From IMG/VR virus record IMGVR_UViG_3300034418_006598: a stretch of 64,000 nt of DNA. The stretch is one strand, 5' to 3'. Each line of letters opens with the position of its first letter. The first letter of the stretch is position 1. The translations under genes and the position numbers were made by a program. The notes below the pieces were generated by a model that saw only the letters and a list, made by a program, of their open reading frames with translations, had not been told where the DNA came from and did no database searches. The DNA comes from an uncultured virus (IMG/VR IMGVR_UViG_3300034418_006598) (lineage: Duplodnaviria; Heunggongvirae; Uroviricota; Caudoviricetes). Below, in pieces: positions 48,045 to 55,630 of the stretch.

Positions 48045-48521
48045 ATGTCTGATTATACGGTATCAATTGAAGAGGCAACAAATACCGTTTCTGTAACAGA
48101 CGTTATTAATTCGGTTAGTGTTTCTGAGACGGACGGTAATTCGGTTACTGTTGTTGCGGCCACGTTTGTTAACGATGCTGGTGCTGCTTCTAGTCTGTTT
48201 TATTCCAACGGGTCGCCTTCTGATTCAACTGGAGCGGAGGGCGATTTTTACGTTGATGTTTCTAACGGTAAGTTGTATGGTCCCAAGGGGGCTAGTTCGT
48301 GGGAATCTGATGCTTTACCGTTGATTCCGAAGAGGTATACGCATACTCAATCGGTTGCTTCTAGTAGTTGGACTATTTCTCATACGTTGGATGGTTATCC
48401 GTCGGTAACTGTTGTTGATTCTGCAGGGACAGTTGTGATCGGTAAGGTAACATATAATAGTACCAGTAGTGTTACGGTTGACTTTCAAGGTGCGTTTACT
48501 GGTTTGGCTTATTTAACTTGA
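48045..48521 (+). CDS. virion structural/fibre accessory protein
   Basis: G.EGDFYVD..LYGPK, YTHTQ..SSSWTI.H.L..YPSVTVVDS. Confidence 0.7.
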   Translation: MSDYTVSIEEATNTVSVTDVINSVSVSETDGNSVTVVAATFVNDAGAASSLFYSNGSPSDSTGAEGDFYVDVSNGKLYGPKGASSWESDALPLIPKRYTHTQSVASSSWTISHTLDGYPSVTVVDSAGTVVIGKVTYNSTSSVTVDFQGAFTGLAYLT

Positions 48522-48531
48522 TGGAGGAAAA

Positions 48532-50322
48532 GTGGCCCAAAAATTCTTAACTAATCTGGATTTGAATAAAAATGAGTTGCAGAATGCTAAGGTTCAGAAC
48601 CTAGCTACTGCTCCTTCGTCCCCTGTTGCGGGTCAGATCTATTTTGATACGGTAGATAGTGAGCTTTACGTTTATGACGGTTCTGCGTGGGTTGGTTTGC
48701 AGGAGCAGGGTGACATTACTGCTGTTACTGCCGGTACGAACCTTAACGGTGGCGGGACGACAGGTGCCGTAACTGTCAACCTAGATACGACTATTACCGG
48801 TCTTACTTCTGTAACGTCAACTGGCTTTACTGGTGCTCTTACTGGTAATGCGGATACGGCTACTGCTCTTGAGACTGCCCGCACGATTGGTGGCGTTTCG
48901 TTTGATGGTTCTGCAAACATTGACCTTCCGGGCGTAAACACTTCAGGCACTCAGGACACGAGCGGCAACGCTGCTACGGCTACCGCTCTGGCAACCGCTC
49001 GGACTATTGCTGGCACCTCTTTTGACGGAACCGCAAATATCGACATTGACGCAAATAACCTGACAGGAAATACTCTTAACTCTGGCGTTACCGCTTCTTC
49101 TTTGACAAGTGTTGGCACCCTTACGGGTTTGACTGTTTCAGGTCTTATTACCGCTAACGGTGGCCTAACGATTCAAGCCACGGACACGTTTACGTTTGAT
49201 AGCGTGGCGTTGACCACGGTTCAGACAAGCGGCGAGTCTTTTGCTGACAACGATACGTCGTTGATGACTGCAGCAGCGATCAACGATTTGATTGGTGCTA
49301 TCGGTGTTACTAGCCTTACTGGTACCGCTGGCGAGGTTGAGGTAAGTGCAGGTACTGGCGATGTCACAATTGGGCTGCCGGACAACGTTACTATCTCGGG
49401 CAACCTTACGGTAAACGGCGATACTACCACGGTAAACACTGCTACGCTTTCTGTTGAAGACCCGCTGATTGTTCTTGCTAACGGAAACAACGCTACCGAC
49501 TCGGTAGACATCGGTTTCTACGGCCTGTACGACACTTCTGGTTCGCAGGACCTTTACGCTGGCCTGTTCCGTGACGCTAACGACAGCGGCAAGTTCAAGC
49601 TGTTCGCTGATCTTCAGGCTGAGCCTACCACTACCGTTGATACAGGCGGTGCGGGTTACACGGCGGCTACGCTGGTCGTGGGCACCCTGGAAGGTGCCGT
49701 CACTGGTAACGTTACTGGTGATGTTACCGGTAACGCCGATACTGCTACGGCTCTTGAAACGGCTCGCACGATCGGCGGCGTCTCGTTCGACGGTACCGCA
49801 AACATTGATCTGCCGGGTGTTAACACCGCCGGTACGCAGGACACGAGCGGTAACGCTGCGACAGCTACCGCCCTTGAGACTGCACGGACGATCAACGGCA
49901 CGTCGTTCGACGGTACAGCTAACATCACGGTAACGGCTGCTGCTGGCACCCTGACTGGTACTGAGCTGAACTCTTCGGTTGTCACCTCGTCGCTTACCGC
50001 TCTTGGTACGATTGCTACGGGCGTGTGGGCTGCGACGGATGTTGCTGTTGCCCACGGTGGTACAGGCGCTTCGACCGCTGCCGGTGCCAAGACCAACCTT
50101 GGGTTCATGACTCGTCATGCTGAGACGATTGGCGATAACGCCGCTACGTCTATCGCTGTCACACATAACTTCGGGACCGATGATGTTGTCGTAGAAGTCT
50201 ACGATGCTACCACAAAAGAAACCGTCATCTGTGACGTTGATCGAACAAGCACGAATGCGGTCACGTTGACGTTCTCTACAGCCCCAGCTACCGACTCTCT
50301 CCGAGTTGTTGTCATTGGCTGA
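48532..50322 (+). CDS. tail fibre protein
   Basis: FLTNLDLNKNELQNA, four ATAL(E/A)TARTI repeats, VAHGGTGASTA..AKTNLG, C-terminal THNFGT.DVVV. Confidence 0.85.
   Translation: MAQKFLTNLDLNKNELQNAKVQNLATAPSSPVAGQIYFDTVDSELYVYDGSAWVGLQEQGDITAVTAGTNLNGGGTTGAVTVNLDTTITGLTSVTSTGFTGALTGNADTATALETARTIGGVSFDGSANIDLPGVNTSGTQDTSGNAATATALATARTIAGTSFDGTANIDIDANNLTGNTLNSGVTASSLTSVGTLTGLTVSGLITANGGLTIQATDTFTFDSVALTTVQTSGESFADNDTSLMTAAAINDLIGAIGVTSLTGTAGEVEVSAGTGDVTIGLPDNVTISGNLTVNGDTTTVNTATLSVEDPLIVLANGNNATDSVDIGFYGLYDTSGSQDLYAGLFRDANDSGKFKLFADLQAEPTTTVDTGGAGYTAATLVVGTLEGAVTGNVTGDVTGNADTATALETARTIGGVSFDGTANIDLPGVNTAGTQDTSGNAATATALETARTINGTSFDGTANITVTAAAGTLTGTELNSSVVTSSLTALGTIATGVWAATDVAVAHGGTGASTAAGAKTNLGFMTRHAETIGDNAATSIAVTHNFGTDDVVVEVYDATTKETVICDVDRTSTNAVTLTFSTAPATDSLRVVVIG
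48841..49050 (+). repeat. fibre direct repeat copy
   Basis: TGNADTATALETARTIGGVSFDG.ANIDLPGVNT.GTQDTSGNAATATAL.TARTI.GTSFDGTANI. Confidence 0.85.
49726..49926 (+). repeat. fibre direct repeat copy
   Basis: Near-identical protein repeat to 48841-49050. Confidence 0.85.
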
Positions 50323-50328
50323 TAAGAT

Positions 50329-50416
50329 GTCACGGGGAAATACTCGTGGCGCTACTGCGGGTCCAGACGACAGTTGGGATCAGTAGTTACTCCGCCGTGC
50401 AGGCGGGAAATACCCG
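50329..50416 (+). ncRNA. candidate structured RNA downstream of fibre gene
   Basis: Three consecutive hairpins; GGGAAATAC loop motif occurs twice. Confidence 0.3.
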
Positions 50417-50419
50417 ACA

Positions 50420-50458
50420 GGGGGTGGAACTGGTTGTAGAACTGGTTCCGCCTCTTGT
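50420..50458 (+). terminator. terminator-like hairpin
   Basis: GGGGGTGGAACTGGTT-GTAG-AACTGGTTCCGCCTCT, about 16 bp with GU pairs. Confidence 0.6.
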
Positions 50459-50512
50459 GTTATAATAGAGTTGTGAGCTTTATGGCTGTGCTGTGGAAGG
50501 GCGGTTGGTGCC

Positions 50513-51469
50513 GTGGCTAAAAGTTTTAAGACTGGTCTTACTGCTGACGGTACCGTTTCAGCAACTTCTTTAGAAGTTACCGGTGAGTTTACGCTTCCTA
50601 CTGCTGACGGTTCTTTAGATCAGGTTTTGGTAACGAATGGTTCTGGTACGGTTACGTGGCAGGATCAGTCTGGCGGCACAACTATTCCTGCGGGTACTGT
50701 AGTCATGTATGGTGGCGGTACGGCACCTTCGGGTTGGCTGGTGTGTGACGGGTCGGCGGTTTCTCGCACAACCTATTCTAGCTTGTTTACGGCGATCAGT
50801 ACCCGTTATGGTACGGGTGATGGTTCTACCACGTTTAATCTGCCTGGAACTTCGGCGCTTGTTCCTGTTGGTATTGCTGCGAGCGGTAACGCTGATGGTA
50901 CTACGGTTAGTGGTTCTTCTGCGTTGAATGCGTTGGCTTTGGGGGATCAGTCTGCGGATCATGCGCATACGATTACGTCTAACGCAGGTAATCAGTCTGC
51001 TGATCATAGCCATACGATTACGTCTAACGCTGGCAACCAGTCTGCGGATCATTCGCATACGATTACGGTTGCTAACGCTAACGCTAACCACCGCCATTCG
51101 TGGTCTAAGACCTTTAACACAACGAACCAGAACGCTTCTCACACGCACGGTTATGCGAAGTCGAACGGCAGCAACACAAACGCTAACACGAATAACCAGA
51201 ATGCGTCGCACTCTCATAACTTCAACTCTGGCACTGTGAACACGAACTATGCGAACGCTGGTCACGCCCATAATGCTAACGCAGGTGATCAGTCTGCTGA
51301 TCATAGCCATACGATTACGTCGAATGCAGGTAACCAGTCTGCTAATCACAATCATACGATTACGTCAAATGCCGGTAACCAGTCTGCTAACCACAATCAC
51401 GCATTGACATCTGCAACAGTTTCGACTACGATAAACGTAGAACCGTTCCTGTTTATTATCAAGACCTAA
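50513..51469 (+). CDS. tail-collar fibre with His-x-His metal-binding needle repeats
   Basis: PAGTVVMYGG.TAPSGWL.CDGSAVSRTTYSSLF.AI..YG.GDGSTTFNLP (tail collar); ten HxH motifs; C-terminal FIIKT. Confidence 0.85.
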   Translation: MAKSFKTGLTADGTVSATSLEVTGEFTLPTADGSLDQVLVTNGSGTVTWQDQSGGTTIPAGTVVMYGGGTAPSGWLVCDGSAVSRTTYSSLFTAISTRYGTGDGSTTFNLPGTSALVPVGIAASGNADGTTVSGSSALNALALGDQSADHAHTITSNAGNQSADHSHTITSNAGNQSADHSHTITVANANANHRHSWSKTFNTTNQNASHTHGYAKSNGSNTNANTNNQNASHSHNFNSGTVNTNYANAGHAHNANAGDQSADHSHTITSNAGNQSANHNHTITSNAGNQSANHNHALTSATVSTTINVEPFLFIIKT

Positions 51470-51481
51470 AAGGGATTTATC

Positions 51482-52237
51482 GTGTCATTTTCAGAACATT
51501 CCGAGCACCTTGGTGGAGTAGGTTACTACAACAAGTTGCCTGCTAGAACCATTACACAAGATGGGTCAACGTGGACCATTGACAACACCAAGGGATTGTT
51601 TTCTTTCACATCTTTGATTGCTGATGTGGAGCTAGAAGAAGTTGTTGATGCTGATGGTAATACTCATCAGCGTTGTGATGCTGGCACCAATCAGTATGGC
51701 CCGAAGGGGTTGCATGTTTGGAACGAAATTACTGAACAATGTAACTGCGGAGCATCCACTGCGGCTGATCCCTTAACAGGCAGTCACCATCTTCTGTTTT
51801 ATGAACTTACGCATATTAGTTCAGTGTTTGGTTCCCCTGTAGCCGGTGGACAGGTTGTGTATCTTGAGTCGTCAAACGCTACTGCCGAAAGCAATACTGT
51901 AGCCGACCGTCATTCTGTATCAGCACGGACGCTACAAGAAATTCTTCGCTTGATGCTAGAATGGGAGATCGTGCGCCAACATTTCGGCTCAACCGAACCC
52001 ATGGCTAGTACTGCTACTAGAATGCTTGCAGAGCTAGAGATGCCAGATGACGTGCGAGATTGGATTTGGACGAACGTGCCTCCGAACAAAGTCCAGAAGT
52101 ATTTGCAAGGCGATGCGAATGCCCAGGTAGCAGACGCCCCGCCGGACATTACAGGAACGATTGTAGAAGATTGGCTTGTTCCACTAATTATTGAATCACC
52201 CAACATTGGCTTCATGCCAACGGGAAACGGATCGTGA
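51482..52237 (+). CDS. hypothetical protein
   Basis: 251-aa ORF after fibre gene. Confidence 0.65.
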   Translation: MSFSEHSEHLGGVGYYNKLPARTITQDGSTWTIDNTKGLFSFTSLIADVELEEVVDADGNTHQRCDAGTNQYGPKGLHVWNEITEQCNCGASTAADPLTGSHHLLFYELTHISSVFGSPVAGGQVVYLESSNATAESNTVADRHSVSARTLQEILRLMLEWEIVRQHFGSTEPMASTATRMLAELEMPDDVRDWIWTNVPPNKVQKYLQGDANAQVADAPPDITGTIVEDWLVPLIIESPNIGFMPTGNGS

Positions 52238-52977
52238 ATATAGAGTTTCCGCTAGGGCGGTGGTCAGGCATCGGAATTTACGACGATGTTGTAGACAAGG
52301 CCGCATGTCAGAACATTATTGATCTAGTCGAACGTCATTGGAACCGACTAGAAGAAATGCAAGTTCTGAACCCCGGTAAAATGGTCGGTGGGGTGGATCA
52401 ATCTATCAAAAACTCAACTGACATGAACATCTCTGCCGCAATGGGAGACGAACTGTACTCCATGGGAGGAGGCTGGTCTGAACAAGACATTCACGCCGGA
52501 CTGGTAAAGTGCGTTAACCATTACGTCAACCAGTACCCAGGGCTAAGCCAGCAGTGCTTCCCATTACAAGACATGGGTTACCAGTTTCAAAAATACGATG
52601 TTGGCCACGGCAAGTACGACGAACATATCGACGGTGGGCCGTTCGGCAGTTCATTTGACAGAATGCTGGCTGTCATTGTTTACCTTAACGACGTTGACGA
52701 AGGTGGAGAAACTACCTTCACCCGTCAGGAGCTTTCCGTTAAGCCCGTAGCAGGGAGGGTGCTTATTTTTCCGTGTCACTGGCTGTACCCCCACCGTGGT
52801 GAGATTTCGTTTGATAAAGACAAGTACATAGTCACCACGTTTATCATGCAGGAAGACATGAATCATTTGGTTCATCGTCCTGATGAGATGCAAGAGCATT
52901 TCCACGATCACTTCAATGAAGAGGACCTTCCTAACTACCACGGCCCCGGCCACCATCACGATCACGAGCATGAGTGA
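52234..52977 (+). CDS. 2OG-Fe(II) oxygenase (prolyl 4-hydroxylase-like) with His-rich tail
   Basis: YDEHID, RMLAVIVYLNDVDEGGET.F, VKP.AGRVLIFP, YPHRG, KYIVT. Confidence 0.88.
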   Translation: MNIEFPLGRWSGIGIYDDVVDKAACQNIIDLVERHWNRLEEMQVLNPGKMVGGVDQSIKNSTDMNISAAMGDELYSMGGGWSEQDIHAGLVKCVNHYVNQYPGLSQQCFPLQDMGYQFQKYDVGHGKYDEHIDGGPFGSSFDRMLAVIVYLNDVDEGGETTFTRQELSVKPVAGRVLIFPCHWLYPHRGEISFDKDKYIVTTFIMQEDMNHLVHRPDEMQEHFHDHFNEEDLPNYHGPGHHHDHEHE

Positions 52978-53521
52978 AAAAGATTTTAAGTTTCTACAAT
53001 GGGCAGATCAGGGAGCCAAGCTTTTCTCTACCTGTTCTAAAAGCCAGTACATGGCTATCATTGTTGACTCTGAAGGTTTTGTTCTTGGCGTAGGCTACAA
53101 CGGTTCTCCTCGGGGCGCTGCTCATTGCAATCAAGGCGCATGTCCTCGTGCTCTTGCAGGAAGCGATCATAAGTCATCTGACTACAGTGACTGCATCGCT
53201 GTTCACGCTGAAGCTAATGCGTTGCTCCACAGCGACTTTAACGCCCGTGCCCGCATGGGCGGTGTTGCGATGTATGTGAATGGAGAGCCTTGCCTTGAGT
53301 GCGCTAAGCTTATTGCGAACAGCGGCGTCAGGATTGTGTATGGTATTCGGGAAAACCGTCCGGCGCTTTCTAAGGTCGAGGAAGTGTTTGTTGCGTCTAG
53401 CATTGATTTGATTCTGTATGATAGGGATGAAGTTATGCCGGTACATGATACAACTAAGAAGTATTTTGATTCGCATTCATTAAGCCGTTGGAAAGAGTGG
53501 CCCAAAGTAGGTAAGTCTTGA
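52970..53521 (+). CDS. dCMP deaminase family protein
   Basis: STCSK, GYNGSPRG, VHAEANA, PCLECAKLI. Confidence 0.88.
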   Translation: MSEKDFKFLQWADQGAKLFSTCSKSQYMAIIVDSEGFVLGVGYNGSPRGAAHCNQGACPRALAGSDHKSSDYSDCIAVHAEANALLHSDFNARARMGGVAMYVNGEPCLECAKLIANSGVRIVYGIRENRPALSKVEEVFVASSIDLILYDRDEVMPVHDTTKKYFDSHSLSRWKEWPKVGKS

Positions 53522-53557
53522 CTTGCTGAGTAAGTATATAAATGGTAGGATATAAAC

Positions 53558-53944
53558 ATGCGAAGAAATGAAGAACCATCAAAAAGAGTAGTACTGGCTG
53601 AAGGGTACGCTGTACCTGTAGACGAGAAACAGTTTGAAAACATTATTTCAACATCTGCTAAGCCGGTGCTCGTTGACTTTTGGGCAGACTGGTGCGGCCC
53701 GTGTGCTATGCAGTCTCCGGTGCTTGACGAATTCGCAGCCAAGTACGCTGACGAAATGCAGGTCGTAAAAGTAGAAGTAGACTACGCTCCTCTCTTGATG
53801 GAAAGATTTGATATTACCAGCATTCCTACACTAGCTGTATTTGTTGATGGTAAAATAGTAGAGAAGCTCGAAGGCGCTAGGCCGTTAGAGCAGCTTCAGA
53901 AAGATTTGGGTTCGTTCTTGAACACGGAAACGAAAGAGATGTAA
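53558..53944 (+). CDS. trxA: thioredoxin
   Basis: PVLVDFWADWCGPC, SIPTL; TAGGAT 6 nt upstream (leaderless). Confidence 0.9.
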   Translation: MRRNEEPSKRVVLAEGYAVPVDEKQFENIISTSAKPVLVDFWADWCGPCAMQSPVLDEFAAKYADEMQVVKVEVDYAPLLMERFDITSIPTLAVFVDGKIVEKLEGARPLEQLQKDLGSFLNTETKEM

Positions 53945-53945
53945 C

Positions 53946-54113
53946 ATGCCTGACTGGTGGGATAGTTTACCTGAAGAAATGCTGGGTGAACGTCCCGCTA
54001 TTAAGCTGGTTTCTAAACAAGTCGAAACCCCAAAAGAAGTTGAGGTAAAAGAATCAGGACGCAAAGATGAAGGCTTTTTCTCAAAAGTTTACGGATCACC
54101 CGAAGTCAAATAA
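53946..54113 (+). CDS. small hypothetical protein
   Basis: MPDWWDSLPEEMLGERPAIKLV..., 55 aa, starts right after trxA stop. Confidence 0.45.
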   Translation: MPDWWDSLPEEMLGERPAIKLVSKQVETPKEVEVKESGRKDEGFFSKVYGSPEVK

Positions 54114-54273
54114 AATGACATACGGCGATCATTTCTTGTTCGCCGCAGGTTTTGCTGTAGAGTTTATTGTGATTGGCTTTATGCTGCTTATCCACGCCGT
54201 GTTCCCGTTCTGGTTTAAGAATGATGCGTCAGAGTTTGCCGAGTACGCTAACGAGGTGTTGAACAAGCACTAG
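54067..54273 (+). CDS. small membrane protein (DUF6356-like)
   Basis: FTDHP...MTY.DHF.FA...LIHAVFPFWF...AS. Confidence 0.7.
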   Translation: MKAFSQKFTDHPKSNKMTYGDHFLFAAGFAVEFIVIGFMLLIHAVFPFWFKNDASEFAEYANEVLNKH

Positions 54274-54275
54274 TC

Positions 54276-54304
54276 TTGACGTGCCTATGTGCGTGTGCTA
54301 AAAT
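54276..54304 (+). promoter_or_regulatory. sigma70-type promoter (leaderless)
   Basis: TTGACG-17nt-TAAAAT, 6 nt before ATG 54311. Confidence 0.75.
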
Positions 54305-54310
54305 GACGGT

Positions 54311-54403
54311 ATGAATCACTGGCACGCTTTTGGAATCGGTTGCGCTATCGGAATCATTATTCTGATGACGTGGCTGCTCAACACTGACGGGGACTGGGAA
54401 TGA
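54311..54403 (+). CDS. 30-aa single-TM microprotein
   Basis: MNHWHAFGIGCAIGIIILMTWLLNTDGDWE directly behind the promoter. Confidence 0.55.
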   Translation: MNHWHAFGIGCAIGIIILMTWLLNTDGDWE

Positions 54404-54412
54404 AGGAGCATC

Positions 54413-54664
54413 ATGGACGATAACACTGTAGTTAAACTTTTAAATGAGATTCGTTATGCTCAGGTAGTGTCTGGAGTTCACGCTGATGCAATATGTGAAG
54501 CAATCAAGATCATTTCTGATGCTAACGCTATCTGCATTACAGACGGTTCAGGTAAAGAAATTGCTGTAATTGACGGCGATCTTGCTGATGCAATTATTAA
54601 GCAAAGTGTTACCCGTTTCATTACGGATGCTTTAGAGAATCTTATTGAGCATTACAGTGAGTAA
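54413..54664 (+). CDS. hypothetical protein
   Basis: AAGGAG RBS. Confidence 0.65.
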   Translation: MDDNTVVKLLNEIRYAQVVSGVHADAICEAIKIISDANAICITDGSGKEIAVIDGDLADAIIKQSVTRFITDALENLIEHYSE

Positions 54665-55031
54665 TACGGCGAGGACAATTGCTGTCGCCACTGCCGAAAA
54701 GTCTGATCATGATAAGTGGCGTCTAGGCTCTGTTGTATGGAGAGGCGGTTCTGTGCTTTCCACGGGTTTTAATCGTGTGAAGAACGATCCTTCCGTTGTG
54801 GAGGACTCTAAGCATTTCCATTGTTCTATTCATGCTGAAGCGGATGCTTTGCGGAATGCTGGTGATACTCGGGGTGCTAGGTTGTTTGTTGCTCGTGTTA
54901 CTCGGAGCGGCAATTTGGCGCTTGCTAAGCCTTGTTCTCGTTGCATGGAAGCGATTAGGGAGCATGGAATCAAGAGGGTTTACTACACTGATGAGAATGG
55001 TGAGTGGACGTTCTTTAGAGTCTGGCCTTGA
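54657..55031 (+). CDS. second Zn-dependent cytidine/deoxycytidylate deaminase-fold protein
   Basis: LSTGFN, SIHAEADAL, AKPCSRC, GIKRVYYT. Confidence 0.85.
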   Translation: MSNTARTIAVATAEKSDHDKWRLGSVVWRGGSVLSTGFNRVKNDPSVVEDSKHFHCSIHAEADALRNAGDTRGARLFVARVTRSGNLALAKPCSRCMEAIREHGIKRVYYTDENGEWTFFRVWP

Positions 55032-55056
55032 CACACTGCGCCGAGGCTGGTATAAT
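55028..55056 (+). promoter_or_regulatory. consensus sigma70-type promoter driving the ORF-ribozyme-ncRNA unit
   Basis: TTGACA-17nt-TATAAT with TG extension. Confidence 0.85.
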
Positions 55057-55086
55057 ACCCACAGTCAACGATAAACAAAGGAGATT

Positions 55087-55374
55087 ATGTTGATTACGAA
55101 GAAGGCAATTATTCAGGCGGCTACTGAGGTTGCGGAGCGTGCCCCGACGGCCCGTAACCGTTCCTCGAAGATGGTGACGTATCGTCATCCTCGTGGCCTT
55201 ATCGGTAATGCGCTGCACGCTGCCGGTATGTCGCCCCGTGAGATTCGTTCTCTGCAGGGCAACCGTAAGTACGATCGTTTCCTGAACCCGGCAGCTACCG
55301 CTTGGGTCCGTGAGGCGAACAGCCGTGCCAACAAGGGCATGGCGTGGGGCGAGGTTGTCGGTACCACCCGATGA
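55087..55374 (+). CDS. basic hypothetical protein upstream of pistol ribozyme
   Basis: AAGGAG RBS; 95 aa, R/K/A-rich. Confidence 0.75.
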   Translation: MLITKKAIIQAATEVAERAPTARNRSSKMVTYRHPRGLIGNALHAAGMSPREIRSLQGNRKYDRFLNPAATAWVREANSRANKGMAWGEVVGTTR

Positions 55375-55380
55375 TCGTAC

Positions 55381-55446
55381 CGTCGTCTGAGCGACGTTAA
55401 ATAGGCTTTAGGCTCAGAGCGTTCCCCACTTCGGTGGGGAGGTGGC
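55381..55446 (+). ncRNA. pistol self-cleaving ribozyme
   Basis: P1 CGTCG/CGACG; loop TCTGAG pseudoknots with CTCAGA; conserved TTAAATAG, TTAGG and GCG; P3 TTCCCCAC-TTCG-GTGGGGAG; G|T cleavage dinucleotide 55442/55443; P2 GCT/GGC. Confidence 0.9.
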
Positions 55447-55615
55447 GTTGAGGCGGGTGGATGGCAGTTCACACCGTAAGACTTTGCCAGTCTTTTCTCT
55501 GGAGGCTGTACGGCTTAGCATTATGACCACTACATGCGTACAAGTGTAGTGGACGTGGAGCAGCTAGTCCCACGGCAAGTGTGAAGGGGTCGCCCCCCAA
55601 CTAGCACCTATCTCC
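55444..55615 (+). ncRNA. multi-stem structured RNA with two potential pseudoknots, raiA-motif-like
   Basis: Closing helix 55450-59/55605-14; TTCACAC/GTGTGAA; CGTA/TACG; AAGAC/GTCTT; CCACTACA/TGTAGTGG; CGTGG/CCACG; GGGG/CCCC; pseudoknots TGGCAG-TTGCCA and GCTAGT-ACTAGC. Confidence 0.6.
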
Positions 55616-55630
55616 GTTACACTTCGTAAC

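Noticed and set aside
45937..51405. Fibre repeats as a DGR or invertible shufflon
   Set aside because: Repeats are direct, in-frame and differ mostly at synonymous positions rather than only at adenines; no reverse transcriptase or invertase in the window
50940..51405. 45-nt repeats as a CRISPR array
   Set aside because: Tandem coding repeats without unique spacers; no cas genes
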